Source: Lama guanicoe (lineage: Eukaryota). From it: a DNA stretch of 64,000 nucleotides. The notes under the pieces are model-generated. The model ran no database searches and was not told the origin of the DNA. It worked only from the letters and a program-made list of their open reading frames with translations. The translations under genes and the position numbers were made by a program. The stretch spans positions 7,037,095 through 7,101,094 of the forward strand of contig MU054391.1 in NCBI GenBank assembly GCA_013239625.1, written 5' to 3'. Shown here one piece after another: positions 49,041 to 62,129 of this stretch (position 1 is the stretch's first letter; every line of letters begins with the position of its first letter).

Positions 49041-52000
49041 GTAAGGGTCAGGCTGTGGCCACTTGCAAATCGCCACCCCAGCTGAGGTCCCTCAGGTCCT
49101 TGAGGATTTGTGCCTTCACACTTCTCCAAATAAGCGATGGGACCAGCTGCTCCCCGGGGGCTCCGGTTATGGAGGCTGCATTTATAGAAGAGGGTTTAGG
49201 ACTTATTCAGGAAGTAAGGCTTTTTTCCTTGCCATGGGTGGAAAGTAACGGTGATTGCTTTAATCCTCGAGACGGGGAGCAGGGTTATTTGAGGGCGCCT
49301 GCTTGCCAGGCACAGTGCTGGGGATCCTTGCTCTTTTGTGTCTGCACGCGGGTGAGGAGGGGAGGCTCCGAATGTTGAAGTTACTGGATCAACACGGTCA
49401 TTTGTCTCAGAGACTGTGATGTGTGTGCTGCAGCCTCCACTGGACTCCAGAACCAGTGGCTACACCGTCCTTTCTTTCTTAAGTCTCATCCTGGATGCCA
49501 GGGCTTTGTTCAATAGTAGTTATTTTCACTTCAAGCCTCAGAGCAAGAGTAGAAGGTGTTCAGATAATTCCAAGTAGAATTGGGTACCGAGGGTGGAGCC
49601 TGGGCTAGAATTCGAGGCTCACTCTTTCTTCCAAAGGCTGGGGTTCGGCTGCAGTGAAGATAATGTGTTAAACCCCACCCCAGATGGTGTCTGGGACACA
49701 TCTGATGTTCCTCCTCTGGTCCTCAGCTGCAGAGGCTGGGCTGGCACTGGAGGGACCACGTGCCCCGGAAGCAGAGAGAGGGAGCATCCTTCGGGAAGAG
49801 GGTGAAGGATGTGGCACACACGGGGCAGACACAGCCTCCTGGCTGCTGGTTCCCCGAGGCACCTATCACCTATCACTTCAGTTACGTCCGCCCCCAGGCT
49901 CCTTTCCTCACAGGGGCAAGAGACCTTGCTGTTGTTTCTTGTTGGCGCTCAGGCTGAAATGCAGGTGGGGCTCAGGCTGAAATGCAGTGGAGGAGAGAGA
50001 AGGGGCGTCTGGATTCTGCTCCCGCCTCTGCCATCATTGGCCGCTAGGCACTTTGGATGGGTATTTCCTGAGTGGACAGATGCAGAAGAGGCTCATCAAT
50101 GAGCCTCCGACTACAGGCTGAGGGCAGGAATGGGACCTCCCTCAGCAGTGCTGTGCCGATCAACGGTACCCCCACCCTGATTAAACAGATGGTTTTGTGG
50201 TTCATTGGGGATTAAGAGAGCTGTGTCTTGTTTCCACTCCTGGAATGTCTCTCTTAAACAGAGCAGCCCTGAGCTGACTGAGAAACGCTCCTCCTCTCCT
50301 GAGTAGGCAGCGCTGGGCACTCCTAAAGCTCTCCCACGTCCACTACAGGGACTGAATCTCCGCGGCCCTGGGATGCCCGTCTTATCCTCGTGGCATCTCT
50401 CTTGTACAGCCCAGGCGACACTGTCATTCCCGTGTGACAGCCGAGGAAACTGAGGCTTTGAAGTTGGGACTTGCCCACCATGGCTCGGGAGGCCGGTGGA
50501 GGATCTGGAGACAGGATGCCAGGCTAGCCCGTCTGTCACCCCAGGCACCCTGCTGATGCTGTCATCCGAGGAATCACTGGCAATATCTGTTTCCTGCATA
50601 TATTTTTGGATTATTCATTATTTTTCCTGATTATAAAAGCGTGTTTATTATGGAAGACCTAGACTCTACAGCAAAGTGGAAATAAGATAGAAAAACGCCA
50701 ATCATCCCACTGCTTGGGAGCCTGGGAACTTTGTAAACAGAGATCATGCTTTATTTCGCTGAAGGCTCATTATAATCAAGCCCCACAGAAAGAATTTCAA
50801 ATCCTCTGGTCCCTTTTCATTTCAACCCTACACTGCCCTGTGTGCTTGATTCCAAAATCCTCAAAGGCCCCTCTGCTGTCCCACTGTGGCCTGGATACCC
50901 CACTGCATGGCGCCTGTGACTCTCCTCCCTGGGGGAGGCAGGGTCCCTGGCAGGAGAGGGGATGGGCAGTGGGGAGGGGGGTTACTGGGCTCTGGCGCCG
51001 CCACGCTGGCTCGTGCTGGGTGTCCACCCCCGGGCACAGAGTCTGAAGGGGCCCAGGAACTTGGGCATGACTCAGGCTTGTGCCCACGTCTGGAAGAATC
51101 TGATCTGCTGTGCTGAAGGGTGGCTGCAGGGCAGGGATTCCAGGAGCCTAATCAGGCTCCAGTGAGGGAGCTGGCCTCCTTCCGCTGCCGGGGGCTGAGT
51201 CTAGTCCTTGAAGAACAGAGGAGGGCCAGGTCCAGAGTCGGGCATCTGCAAAGCAGGACTGGAACACAAGGCAGGAAACTGAGGCAGACGCCCAGATGGA
51301 CCGACTGCCATGCAGGAAAGCTGAGGAGGACGCTGCAAGGGAGCTGGCCACGCAGGACGGAAGAGGCAGGAACTGCAGCTGCCGTGGCTGGGAGCCCGGG
51401 CTGGGCCGGCTGCTTCTGGGAAGGGTAAAAGTGGCTCACCCATCGTGGGGGACTTTCACGCCTGGGGCTGGAAAAGGGCAGCTGGCACATCGTGAGCCCT
51501 TGGAGGCACCTGTTAAGTTGGCACCAGCTCCCTGCAGCATTGGCCACCACCATTCCCAGAGGCTGTGAGCTTGGTCCCCGGGCCCTGAGTGTGTGCAGAG
51601 CCCCATGGGGTGCAGAGATGGGTGAGACAGTGAGACTTGGTTCCTGCCTGCAGGAGGTCACGTCAGAATATGAGTGGGTGAGCCTGCACCCAGCCAGGTG
51701 CCACATTCACAGGACATAGATGAGGAGGAATTCCTACTGGCAAGGCCAGGGAGGGAGTCTCTGAGAAGCTGGCATTGGAGCCAGGCCTTGGAGAAGGGTA
51801 GGATTTCAATAAACAGAGCACATGGGGGCGGAAACTTCTAGGTCAAGGGTTCAACCTAAAAGAAGGCTGGGCTTTGAGAGTACAGGGCGTTCCCCAAAGC
51901 TAAGTCTGCAGGATTTGTTCCTCGGGCCATTTGGGATTTTATTTCTCCTTAGTTGGGCGGGCACGGTGACATTCATTTTGGTCACGCACTCAGCCTGTGA

Positions 52001-54461
52001 ATTGAGAGCCAGCAGTCACGGGCCAAATATGTGGGACCCAATGTGAATCCGAGGGTGCGGGGCAGGGGCCGTGGGGCCTGGGCTCAAGACCTAGTTTTAC
52101 CAGTTACAAGTTTTGATGAACTGGGGCCTTAGTTTTCGCATCTGTAAAATGGGGCGTAATAATATAATACTTATAGGTGCTTGGTAAATAGTAATTATTA
52201 TTAATAATAGGACTAAAACTGAAAAAAAAAAGATAGCTTGTTACAGGTTGGACTGTAAACATCATAGTGAAGAGAAATTAAATCACTCACACTTGGACCT
52301 TTGGTCTTAGCACTGTAAGGAAGAAATGTACAAATATAGACCTCTGTGTCCCCCGATGTGGAGAATTCTGAGTGAGCCGTCCAGACATTTTCGCTCGGCA
52401 TTCAAGGCCTCTCAAAAGCTGGCCTCACCTTCCTTCGCTTGGCTGTGTTCTCTTTCTTCAGAGGCACTGAGCTTGTCATGTTAGCTGGGTCTCCAGGGAG
52501 GTGACCATCAGGACCCCAGACTCATCCCGCCACCTCCAGCCCCTGTAGACTCATGCAGGGGCTGCAATTTGGGCCCCAACTGCCCAGAACAGATGTTTGC
52601 CACCTAAATTCCTTTGGCATTGCTGACCAGAGGACTGGACGGGAGCCAGACGACACCCGCCTAGATACTTTTCTTCAGGGACCCCTGGGGCCCGTACCCC
52701 TGACCATAGTCGGGGCATAGAAGGACAGCCTCAAGGAAAGGGTCCATTTTCCACAGAGCCACAGCTGACTTGAAATACCTGTTTGCTCACCTGGTCCAGG
52801 GAGGGCTCCCGAGAGGCTACTGCCTGGGGTCGGCCTGAAACCAACAGCCCTGTAGGTGTGTGGGTGGGGGAGGGGCAGAGAGAAAAACTAGGAAGCAACC
52901 GCCACAGGCCCTCCCTCTGTGGGAAGCAGAGCTTTTGGCCTTTTAGCTCCTCCTCTCAGCTTCGTGGGCCCATCCAACCATCCAGCACCACTCCCCCACC
53001 GCAAGCCCCCCCCAACCCGGGGAAGTCTGAGGGAGGCCTGGAGCTCCCCCTAGAGACAGCACTCTGCCACTACAAATAGGAAAACCACCACACCCTCGGA
53101 ACATAACCGTGCTCCCAGTGGGACTTCTACTAGGGACAAAGAGTTAGATGAACACGGAGGCTCAATGGTGCAAGGTCAGTGATTACCCAGTCCTGCTTTC
53201 ATTCCTCACCGTTACATTTGTTTGTGATTGAACTCCTTGCAGCAAACTGTTGTTGGAATACATTTTGCATCTTGCACAGAGGCAGATGCTCTTCCTTCTT
53301 TCTCAGCTAATCACCGTCCTACTCATCCTTTAAGGTGCAGTTCAAACACCACCATCTCTGTAAAATGTCACTTACTGTTTGAGGTTGGGGGCCCCCATCC
53401 TCGTGTTAAGTAACATCTTAATTTTCTTTGCTTCATGTTCTGTGGGTTTCGATCTCGTTTCCCTTTATGAAATTCACCGGGGCGGGGGGGAACAATACTT
53501 TTAAACATTGACTCTAGATAGCACCCTCCCTCGCTGCCTGTTCTAGTTCTTATTTACAGCCTCTTCTATCCCGTTGAGCTGTGAGCTCCCAAGGGCTGCA
53601 AGGGTGTCTCCGTCTTGATGTCACCCGCAGCACCCAACACAGCTGCTTTTGCCTGGGTCGGTCAGGGTTACACCTATCGTCTTGATGTAATTATTTGCAG
53701 CACCCCCTTTTGCTCTGGAATGGGACAGTCCCTCTACCTGGCACACACCTGTAAGGCTACGGAGCCATCCCCTCACCCACAGCTGGTTCCCAGAGGTCTT
53801 TTCTCGCTGACACTTAGAGATCCGAGTCATCTCCCCACCCCTCCAGTCAGGGCTAGAGCAGGGGTGCAGGACTTTGTATAGTAGCCATGTGTTCACGCAA
53901 AGATTAGAATCTAACATTAGTGCAAGAGGCAGAAATTGTGTGTGGTCAAATTCCCTGAGGATGCCAGTCCCTGCAGACTCCATTCCTTGGCATGTTAGCA
54001 GTAACACTAAGGGACTAGATGAAATAGATTCTCTGTTGGGGCTCAAGGCCCAGCTCTCCCGCTTGCTAGCTGATGATTGACCTTTTGTAGATTCATTTCC
54101 TTGTCTGCAAAAGGGATTTTGTGAGGACTCAATGAGTCAAAGCCATAAAGCACTTAGTATGCACGTAACGAGTGTTGGCTCTTATTAAATCCAACATAGG
54201 TTCGGTTTCCCACAGCCTTAGAGCGGATTTCCATTCCTTCTGTTAAGCCTCGCACGACTGGCCTTTTTGGCAGGTTGTGACCTCTCTCCTGGAACACTGT
54301 ACTCGCATGATGTGAGATGTTCACCTCAAAGTTCCTCCTGGGAGGTGAGGCAGCGACGAAACAGCAGATCTACATCTGGTCTCCCCAGATCTCTCTGGGA
54401 TTACTCTCCAGAAAACAGCAAAGGAAATTGCCATGCACGGCTGAAATTATTATTATTTTTA

Positions 54462-54695
54462 AATTTTTATTTTTTTTATTGAAGTGTAGTTCATTTACAA
54501 TATTATTTTCAGGTGTACAGCAAAGTGATTCAGTTATACATATACATACATTTTTTTTTCAAATTCTTTTCCATTATAGCTTATTACAAGAAATAGAATA
54601 TAGTTCCCTGTGCTATACAACAGGTCCTTCTTATTTATCTATTTTATATCTAGTAGTGTGTGTCTGTTAATCCCAAACTCCTAATTTATCCCTCC
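54462..54695 (-). mobile_element. Short L1 3' end with 13-bp TSD
   Basis: ATTATTATTTTTA at 54449-54461 and 54696-54708; L1 motifs caggtgtacagcaaagtgattcagttataca, gaatatagttccctgtgctataca. Confidence 0.88.
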
Positions 54696-55418
54696 ATTAT
54701 TATTTTTATTCTCTCTCTCTGTATTTTTCCAAGAATATACATAACTGAACACATTTAAATTAAAAGTATGTATATAATGAGGGCTCCCCTCTTTGCCAAC
54801 AATTTTTCTTTTTGCACATGTATATGTGCTATTGAGAAGCAAAATGCTGAGGTGCCCTAGACATGTAGACCCAGGGTCTCGAAACCAGGGCTGCAGGCAG
54901 AGCTTTCCAAATGACTAGGTGTCTGAACTTGGACAAGGTCACTTCTCCGAGAGACTCAGTTTCTCTGCCTGGTGCTAAGAGGCTCAGATGAGTTATGTGA
55001 GTCAAAGACTGTGGGGCTCCGGACAGTTGCAGGTATCCGCTCCGCCTGCTCGCGGCCCTGTGGGGCTACACACCGTCCCGAATGGAAAGGACAGCCAGCG
55101 AGCCAAGAGCTACGTGAGACGACATATACCCAGTAACATGCATCGTGTCCAATTTGGTGTCCTCCTGTTTTAAAATGCCAAATTACGCGGCAGAGAGCTG
55201 GGCGGGCTAGCTATGCTTCCAACGGTGAGGTCTGGGCCTGCGCACTGCTGGGTCCAGAGGTCGAAGCCCTTGGAGTGAGGCTGCTCAGAAAATCAGTTAT
55301 GTTGGCCATGGGCCTGGAGCTGAACTTGAGGGCTGGGACAAGGGGGCTGAGAAGGAGGAAGGAGAAAACAAGAAGTCTGTACCAGCTCTCTATTTGGAGA
55401 GTCACGGGCGTGCACTTC

Positions 55419-55528
55419 CGCCTCTCGCCCCGCCTCTCGCCCCGCCTCTCGCCCCGCCTCTCGCCCCGCCTCTCGCCCCGCCTCTCGCCCCGCCTCTCGC
55501 CCCGCCTCTCGCCCCGCCTCTCTCGCCC
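55419..55528. repeat. 12-bp minisatellite (CGCCTCTCGCCC)x8 perfect plus one variant copy
   Basis: Eight exact units 55419-55514, ninth with an extra TC; reads as (RLSP)8 / (ERRG)n in the ORF track. Confidence 0.97.
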
Positions 55529-56195
55529 CTGGGCCCTGGAGGGGAAAGAAGGCGGGGGTAGGGTGTACCCTGCACCTGAGCTACCCATCACTCCCCCTAC
55601 CTCCACGAGGTTACTCTTGGCCTCTCTGCTCCTCGGGTTCTTCATCCTTCCAATGGGGGCTAATATATTGCCTTTGCCAGTTTATCGTCAGGGTAAGTGA
55701 GGCGACGTTTATAGGGTCTTATTTTGTTTTTCTCTTAGCAGCTGCATGAAAAATGTAGTCAAAGGAGCTGTGGAAAAAGTATAAATTCACTGAAAATTCA
55801 GCGTGAACTGTAAAGTTTGTGAACCACGTGGAGGTGTCACACTGGCTCTCAGTAATCCGAGGGGTGGCCTGGATCCGAGCCGGTTTCTAGAGCTGGGACC
55901 CCACCCTTTTCCAGCACCAAGAGTGATCTGGACATGAGCAGGTGCATCTGGGGAGCAAGGGCCAGCCAGGGGCACGTGGCCGTCTTGTCTTTTTTTTCAA
56001 GGAAGAACCCTCATGACGCAGAGCTTGAGCGCCGGGAGGTGTTGTGGATGAGCGGGTGATGGTGCCAAAGGTTTCACTGATGCACAGTGAAGAAACAGAA
56101 CAGGACAGCGTTGTGTGGTGTAGGTGTTGATGTGACTTTTTCTTGGGAAAGATTGCTATTTATCCTGAGAGAATGCATTTTCCACTTATAAAAAA

Positions 56196-56367
56196 ATTTT
56201 TTTATTTAGTTAGTTTTTGTATTAGTTTAGTTGGGGGGAGGCAATTAAGTTTTGCGGGTTTTTTTGTTTGTTTGTTTGTTTTGTTTTTAATGGAAGTACT
56301 GGGGATCGAACTCAGGACCTGGTGCATGCTAAGCATACACTCTACCACTGACCTATACCCTACCCCC
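56196..56367 (-). mobile_element. tRNA-derived SINE (Vic-1 type)
   Basis: gtactggggatcgaactcaggacctggtgcatgctaagcatacactctaccactgacctataccc with ggggggaggcaattaagttt tail. Confidence 0.85.
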
Positions 56368-59300
56368 TCACTTTACATTATGAGATGATTATTATAGTAG
56401 ATGATACTTTCCTTCCTTCCTTCCTTGCTTCTTTTTTAAGATAAAAAATTGACAACTCTATGTCAGTCATAACCCATGTTCCCCAGAACAAAAATAATAA
56501 CAGGTGACTGTCTTTTATGCATTTATTCATTCTAGTAATAAATATTCATTAGGCTTCTACCATTTGGCAGGTATCCTTCTGGGCACTGGAGATGAAGCAG
56601 CAGATAACAAGGACAAATAACCCTGCCCTCCTGGAATTTACATTCCTGGAGGAGAAAAGAATAAGCAAATAAAAAGTAAAACATGTGCCCGGTGGAGGGT
56701 GGGTGACGGAGAAAAATAAAGCCAGGGGAGGGTGAAGGGAGCACAAGGTGGGAGGATGATGTGGTTTTAAGTGGAGAGGACAGCGCAGGTCTCTCTGAGA
56801 AGGGGACGTTTGAGCAAAAACTCGAAGGAGGTGAGGGAGTGTGCGGGGGGCTCAGCAGGGTTCAGGCCCTGAAGTTGAAGGCTCTCAGCAAGTTTGAGAA
56901 ACAGCAAGACAAAGAGTGTAGTTGGAGTTGAGACAAGAGGAAGAGTAGGAGTTCACGTCAGAGAGCAAGGCAGGGGTGGAGGCTGGCCGAACATCCTAGC
57001 CATTTGCTTTGACTCTGAGCGAGACAGGAAGTCATGGGGGCGTGTGGGGCAGTGCAGAAGCAGGGGGACCAGCTGGGAGTTGGTTGCAATAATCCTACCG
57101 GGAGATGAAGGTAGTTGGCACCAGGGTGGTTGCAATGAAGGAGCTGAGAAGCTTCTGGAGTTGGATAGTTGAGGCTGGAATCTGGAAAGAGGTCTAGACT
57201 AAAAATGCGACTTCAGTCCCTGAAATACTGGGTTTAGAACCCCAGATCTGGTGCAACCCCTCATTTGACAGATGGGGAGACTGAGCCCCCCAGAGAGCAC
57301 TAGGTGTGTTTTGGAGGCATGTATATATGGAGTTAGGACTAAAGCTCTAGTTTGCTGACCTCTCATGCAGGAAATGCGTGTAAATTCCAATATCACTTGG
57401 AACTTCTCTTTGCATTTGGGTTTGGAGTACACTTGGCGCACACTGCCTTTTATTGTGGTTATTATTATGGTCCCTGGCACACAGCACGTGTTTGGCCTTT
57501 GTTGAAGGAACAGGTAAATGAACAAAGTGACAAAGGGAGCACACCCAGGTCTTTATCACTTGATGACGAGCTTTGGCCTGGTCTGGTCTTCACTGGGGCT
57601 CCCCGACCCCACTCCTGGCACTTACTGTCTGATCGTCCGCAGCACTGCCCAGTGTGCGTGGGATGTGCTCCAGGAGGGAGGAACCAGAATGTCGGTTGGC
57701 CCCAGAAGCAATTTAGAGATGGCTCTGTAGTTAGGCCCAAGAGGGAAACAGGAGACAAAGACCAGAATACCAGGATGGAAAAAGAATGGGGAAGGGGACG
57801 GCTGGTAGGAAAGGGTGGTGCCAGAGAATCCGGCCCGAGTGAGTTACTCTGGAATGCCTGAGGTTGGTGTGTATTGGCTGTGGGACAGAAGCTGGGCGGT
57901 GTGGTGTGTTCTGTGGGTGAGCTGGTTTAAAGGCACGGGATGGGCCACCTGTCGTGGTGAGCTGAGCGGATGCTCACCAGTAGGTCACACCCATCCCACG
58001 TGAGTGATCTCGAGGAAGCCTGTGCCTGAGGCTCCAGTGGGGTCGAACACTATCTCCTGTTCTTGTCTCCCCTGTGTGAGGAACCGTAAATACATTCCTC
58101 GCAGGGTGTGTGGTTGGAATGTGGTCTATGGTGACGAATTGATGCAAGTCCTTCTGTCGGACCAGAGCCCTGTGCCTCGTCTCCGCCCTCTGCCCTGGCT
58201 GCCCGGGGGCTGGGTTTAGCTGAGTGCCCAACTGCCGGATTATCCTGAGTCCGGATGGCAGGAATAGTTCTCTCCACTTCCTCCCCTCACCCTAATTCCT
58301 GCTCCATTTCATGGCTTTTGATCTATTTTTTGAACAGTTCAATTACTTGGCTCTTTTTTTTTTTCTAAGCTGCTTAAGATCCTTTTGGGACTGGTTAAAG
58401 GATCTAAGCAAATCACAATCAAAGTTGGGAATAAAAATACCTAATGTCCTCTTTACTGAGGCAGGATTGACAGGAAAGCAGGACATTATGGGAACGTGAC
58501 GTTCCTGGTTTCGGTCTGTAGTCTGCGGGGAGGGGCTGAAGAATGTGACCTCTCCTGCATCAGGGACAGTAGTGGGGGACAGGGGACATGCTTCTGAACT
58601 TTTGAAGAATTGTCATCAGGTGAAGGGAAGGAGCTCTCGAGAGGAGAGTTGTGTTCAGTAGGAGAGGACCATAGTGAAGTTGCATGGTCTGGATGTCTGG
58701 GTTCTAGGCTCACAGTGTGGTGTTGAGCAGGTCTGCTGTCACTTTGGAGGGGTGACCGCTCCCCTCTAGGGCTGTCTGCAGACCACATGAGGCTCTGTCT
58801 GTGCAGCCACAGGTGTGGAAGTGCCCACTCTACATGGCTAAGCTAAGTTCACTATTACTCTTGGCGGATGTGACACTCGAGACGAGCCTTATCAGGCGCC
58901 TTTGCAACATGAGGGTACGGCGGGGCTGCTGGGTAGGGTCTCTAGGTGGCGGTCCCCATTGGAGTGCTGGCTCAGGGGCACCTGGGGACAGAAATCCAAC
59001 CTGCGCTCCGCTCACCAAGCCTACTGGACTCTGGGACTGAGGGTGGCTGGGACAGTGGGGAAGAAGGGGCACATTTTTGAAATCTGTTCATCCAGAGGGG
59101 TCCAGCTGTGGTCCAGGGAGTTGCATCTGATCGCAGTTTTCAGCACCTGCATTTTCCAATGCAGAACCCTTGCTATCAGTGGAAACATCTGCAGACCCCT
59201 CCCTATAGATGAAGTCAAAGTGGGACAACGTTCGACATGCAAAGATGGCGAGTTCGGTGCCCTCCCTTCTCAAGCTCCCACATCCACCACCTCCTCACCA

Positions 59301-61221
59301 ACCCCTGCCATCTCTCTCTCCTAAGTCACCCCAGGGCTCCAAGCCGCATAGTTTGGGCCCCGTGGAGGAGGTAACCTCCTGTGGGCCATCCAGGTTGACC
59401 ACTCTGGAACCACAGTCTGGAATTCTTTTTAAAGCAAAACAGGCTAATAGTCTCCAGACTTGGGATTGGTGGGATGAGCCTTTCTGTGTGGCCATGGCTG
59501 GAGGACCCTTTTTCCATGCCCTGTTACATCCATCAGGCTCTTCTTGCCCCTGGTTTACTCCATAAAAGTGCAGCCCTTCCCAGAGAGGATCTGTTGTCAT
59601 TCCAGCCCTGGTGTCCTGGCCCAGAAGTGCCCTCTAGAGGACGCTGTCACACTAGGACCCAGGATAGGGCACACCTGGGCAGCGCCCACGCCTCTCTGCT
59701 TCATGCAAGGGCGGAGGGCAAATGAAAAATGAGTTAATATGTCAAACATTTCAGCCAGTGATTAGAGTTAGGTGGAAATTCTTGAGTAGATTATTTTTAT
59801 TCAGGGTGATTTGAACTTCAAAGCAATTCAAAATAAAGGAAATAGGGACTTGACTCATTGGTGTCCTCCCCTGATGTGACCTGGGCAGAAGCTGAGTTTA
59901 TTAATAGCCATTTGATAGACACTTTGCCACGCAGTTAAAGGTGGAGCAAGATGGGATCAAGTTCCTGGGTTTTATCCAGTTAGAAATGCCCAGCGGGTGA
60001 GAGGTCACCAGATGGAAAGAGAAAGGACAGAAAGTCTGACATGCTGAACATTCAGCAGCCACTCAGTTGATACACAGAGGAGCTTAGAGCGATTACTTAA
60101 CTGGCCTGAGGTCTCATAACTAGCAGTGAAACCCTAATTCCAGTGCAGGCCTCCTGCTTCTAAAGGTCTGCTCTCTCCCCTGGCAGTGCTGCCTTTGTGC
60201 TTTTCTCTGGAAGCATCTGCAGGAGTGAGCTCTCACTTTCATGGGAGCCAGCCTCCCAGCGGCACGTCTCTGCTTGGCCCTGATGCTTGGGGTTAGAGAT
60301 CTGGTTCTCCAGCAGGGATTATTTTACTTGAGTGATGATCATTTTCCAGCTGACCCTGGTGCTCGGTACCTCTTCCTGGGGTCATGTAGGGATGGGGGTG
60401 GGGGGAGCAGAAGAGACACTGTTCTCCATGGGTCCCGCCCTTGGGAAAGTCTTTGGATGAAAGAACACTTAATGCTCTATGGGTTTCGCGAATGTTGGCT
60501 GGGAAGGGGCCTTGGTGGCTGGTTATCTGATCTAGTCTCCACTCACAGCTGGCCTCGTGGTGTCCTGTAGACGCTCTCAGTCCTGGACATCAGACTCACT
60601 TACACAGCTTCCAGATAATACAGAATCAGAGTCTGTGGGCTTGGGCCCCACGCATCTCTGTTTCCTTAGAAGCTTCACTGGTGGTCTGTGCTCAGGGATG
60701 AAAGCACAATTCTAGTCATGCTGGGCTCTCAAGTTTTCCCCAAAGCCACGCCCGCTCCCACGCCCTTGCCCCCCTATTCACGAAGCTCCGTCCCCACCTC
60801 TTTGTCCAGCAAGCTCCAGCTTGCTCTTCAAGGCCCAGTTCCTGGGCCACTTTCCTAGCGAGCTGTCTCGTCTGCCCTTGGAGAGCACATGAACTCCGCC
60901 TGCCTCTGGCGCCCGCTGTCCTCGGTACCATCAGTCTAGCGCTTCCTTCATTGCATTGATTTGTTCTGCAGCCTTGTTCCCCTGCTGGATGGTGAACTTC
61001 TTGAGGACAGAATCTGTGCCCTGTGCGTCTTTGGTTCCCTAGCGCCTGACAGGATCTGGGAGAGAGAAGCAGCTCCGGGAACGAACGTGGGAGGTAGAAC
61101 AGCTCCAACTGCAGCCTGGGAAACAAAATTCACTTTTTTCTGATGTCAGCTCTGATCCTAGCTGGACCCGCTGGTGCCACCCAGAATTAGTCTTGTATGT
61201 ATATTTAATAAAATATATATT

Positions 61222-61444
61222 TTTAACCCTTGAACAGGACAGGTTTGAACTCTGTGGGTCCGCTTAATCCAAACATTTTTTTCACTGAGTACATACTCCA
61301 GTACCACACCGTCCTCGAAGGGTGACTCTGTGGATGCAGAACCACTGATGCGCAAAGCCAGCGACAAAGTTATATGTGGATTTTTGACTGCAGGGCAGTC
61401 GGTGCCCCTAACCCCTTGAACCTCTTGTTCAAGGCTCAGCTGTA
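61222..61444. mobile_element. MER8/Tigger2-family MITE
   Basis: Terminal inverted repeat remnants acccttgaaca ... tgttcaaggctcagctg-TA; internal ggatttttgactgcagggcagtcggtgcccctaacccc. Confidence 0.78.
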
Positions 61445-61660
61445 TTAATAAAATAAATAAATTTAATAAAGATAAATAAAAGTATATTTATCAAAATATT
61501 AAATATATACATTATTTAATTATGAATGTATTTAATGTATTTACATATTAAATATATAGATTTAAGTATAATAAATATATACACATATGATATATAATAT
61601 TTATAGATATTATGTATAATATTTTATGTATTACTTTTATATGTAATATATATTTTTAAA
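61445..61660. repeat. AT-rich low-complexity tract
   Basis: Almost only A/T with irregular TA repeats. Confidence 0.8.
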
Positions 61661-62129
61661 CTGTGTCCTTCCAGGATATTCAGGCAGCATTCATGACCTT
61701 ACCACTTCTTTTCTTCTCCAGACTAAATATGCTCAGCTCCTTCCTCCAGCTCTTTGCTGTGAGGCAGGACTTCTAGCTCTGCTGACATCTGCTTATATTC
61801 TTCGGGAAGGCTCTAGTTGTTCAGTGTCCTTCTGGAAGTTTTATCTGGCCAGCACGGGGCAGAGTGGCGCCTGGCCTCCTTGTTCTAGGTCTCGTGGATC
61901 TCTTACTAGTTTCTAAGACCGGAGCACTCAGCGTTAACTGCTGACGGCTAAGCCAACTAGTAGTCCCCACACTTGACTTTTTGAGTCTTAGTGTATCTGT
62001 CTTGCATGTCATTTCACTGGATTTAGGCCTGACAGAGCCCTTTGGGGCTTTAATTCTGTTATCCAATGTACTGATTTTGTTGCATCTGAAAATCTGACTT
62101 GCTTTGCGTTCCTTTCCTGGCTTCTATTG

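Noticed and set aside
55211..55700. ORFs with (RLSP)n / (ERRG)n repeats; also considered as a CRISPR-like array
   Set aside because: Translations of a stop-free 12-bp tandem repeat; no spacers, and the context is eukaryotic.
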